A DNA stretch of 63,872 bases, the filler included, from Rhabdomonas costata (taxonomy: Eukaryota), in the NCBI GenBank assembly GCA_019059605.1. It is 56 parts of 56 records of this genome, joined end to end, with 100 filler letters (N's around TTAATTAATTAA, not from the genome) between each part and the next. Parts side by side here need not be neighbours in the genome. Positions count along the whole stretch, not along the records: positions 61,691 to 62,731 come from JAHMHO010031847.1; positions 62,832 to 63,872 come from JAHMHO010031848.1; 54 more parts are not named here. One strand, 5' to 3'. The notes under the pieces were generated by a model that saw nothing but the letters and a program-made list of their open reading frames with translations, made no database searches and was not told the origin of the DNA. Position numbers and translations under genes: made by a program. Shown here in pieces: positions 62,213 through 63,872 of the stretch; the stretch's first letter is position 1, and every line of letters begins with the position of its first letter.

Positions 62213-63872
62213 CTGAGAGGCGAAAGCGTGAAAGCGCGACACCTTCAACCACAGCTGAGCCAAAACCAACAGCACAAGTAGATGGTTGACTTGTAGCGTC
62301 TCTCTTTCTGAGAAACCACATTTTGTCGTCTGCTTGGGTTTTGGGCAGTACTTACTTGAGCATAGGCCCAGGGTAAAGAAAAGGGCAGGAGGTGCTCCGG
62401 CTTTCTCTACCAGCACCTTCTGCCCTCTCATATTGCAGACTATCACTTCACAAACTTTACTGGGAAAAATAGCCAAAAGTGAATGCCAAAATGTTCCAAG
62501 ACGCTGACTCAAATCCTGTCACCAATCAGAGGAAGAAAATACCGCAACGCCTTCGCACGTCCCTGCCCGAAATACCCGCCAAGACTGAAGTGACATTGAG
62601 CCGCAAAACCACATGACATGAAGCCGTCCCTCCACCAACCCCCTATACTGGTCCTCCCCAATGCAGACCGCAGGAGGAGTTCGCATAGGTATCCGAGCAA
62701 ACGAGGATCCCCCCTTCCCTTTCCCCCCCCANNNNNNNNNNNNNNNNNNNNNNNNNNNNNNNNNNNNNNNNNNNNTTAATTAATTAANNNNNNNNNNNNN
62801 NNNNNNNNNNNNNNNNNNNNNNNNNNNNNNNGTTGTTGGTGGACTGGGCAATGGGCTCGGCAGGCTCAGGGGTAGGCTGCAGAGGGGGCAGCGCAAGGAC
62901 AGCCGCGACGATCTCCCGCCGCACGGCATCAAACGAGCGGCGCTCCTCTGAGGTGAGCTGGAACCTCTGCTCCCACTCCTGCTCCACAAGCTCGTCCTGT
63001 GTGGAAGAGACGAAACGCCAAGACCTGTGTTGGGACGCATAGTACTGACCTGCTTAAACACAGTACTGGAAGAATCCGAGGAGTGCTGATGCCCGTCACT
63101 GCCAAGCTGCAATCGGGCGAACACCTCATCCCAGGACATGCACATTGCTCCAACATTGTTGACTCATGGTCCAGTATTAAGGATGTGCGAAGATGCGCAG
63201 GAACATCGAGACCTGCTCTAACCCACTGTACTGAGAAAAAAGGTAACGCATCAAGGTCGCTCAACATCGATAAGCTCACCGGAACGAGCGCTTCACTTAC
63301 CAGAAGCGGTCGGGGAAATAGGCGAGGACCATTGTGCAGCCCAGCGGCGACCGTGGGGGTGGGACCCGCGCTCACGGCGGGGCTTCCGCGACAAGCAGCA
63401 GGAGGAGAGGACGCAGGAAGAGAAGCCTTGAACCCTTTTAATGTTTCGAGGTATTTCGGGAGCTTCTTCATTTCAGCACACCATAAACACAGCAGCAGAC
63501 CGTCGTATGCGACTTTGTCAGGCAAGCGGCAACAGTTACCAACAGCCCTGAACCTCAAACACCATCAGAAATAAAGTGATGAATTGCACTGAAGAAGAGG
63601 CGTGCTGAGCGCTGCAGCAAAAGAAGGGCTACGCAGCAATGAGACACACACAAAAAGAAACCTCAACTCTGGCTAGATTCAACCACATTTGCAGATTTAA
63701 AGAATTTCTTTCCAACCATGTTCGGCGCATACAGATGTTGAACTAGGATGAAACCTGACACTCAAGCAGCCAAAAAAAAGCCGTCGGGGCTCAACTAAAT
63801 GAGAAATGCAAAATCGTATCCCTTCTGGCTTACGAACGGAAGAATGGTGCGGTGGGAAAACAACCAAACCCC

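Overview
This is not contiguous genome. It is about 56 unrelated contigs of roughly 1.04 kb each, joined by 100-nt spacers (N44-TTAATTAATTAA-N44), so no linkage can be inferred across spacers. Many contigs begin with a G/T-only tract and end with an A/C-only tract, and several end in fold-back palindromes. This suggests whole-genome-amplified (single-cell) DNA. Most contigs come from an intron-rich, microsatellite-rich eukaryote with GC-rich exons and GT-AG introns whose donors are relaxed (often GTNYG). That pattern and a trypanosomatid-style cytochrome P450 reductase suggest a euglenozoan, probably a euglenid (inference). Recognisable exon fragments: PP4R4-like HEAT protein, divergent XRN, class III cyclase, ornithine decarboxylase, DUF3645, ankyrin, EF-hand phosphatidylserine decarboxylase, RlmM-like methyltransferase, four protein kinases, CPR, MOCOS-like PLP enzyme, RCC1 repeats, dual-specificity phosphatase, Bmp domain, FKBP, TSP1, nitrate reductase/sulfite oxidase Moco domain and a ZZ-like finger. 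Three AT-rich intronless pieces look foreign: a decayed Polinton-like/viral segment with an HNH nuclease, a giant-virus-like ORF, and a bacterial-type adhesin repeat. The most notable structure is a 188-bp inverted-repeat element that forms a GT-AG intron in either orientation (introner-like). All protein identities come from motif recognition, not database searches.
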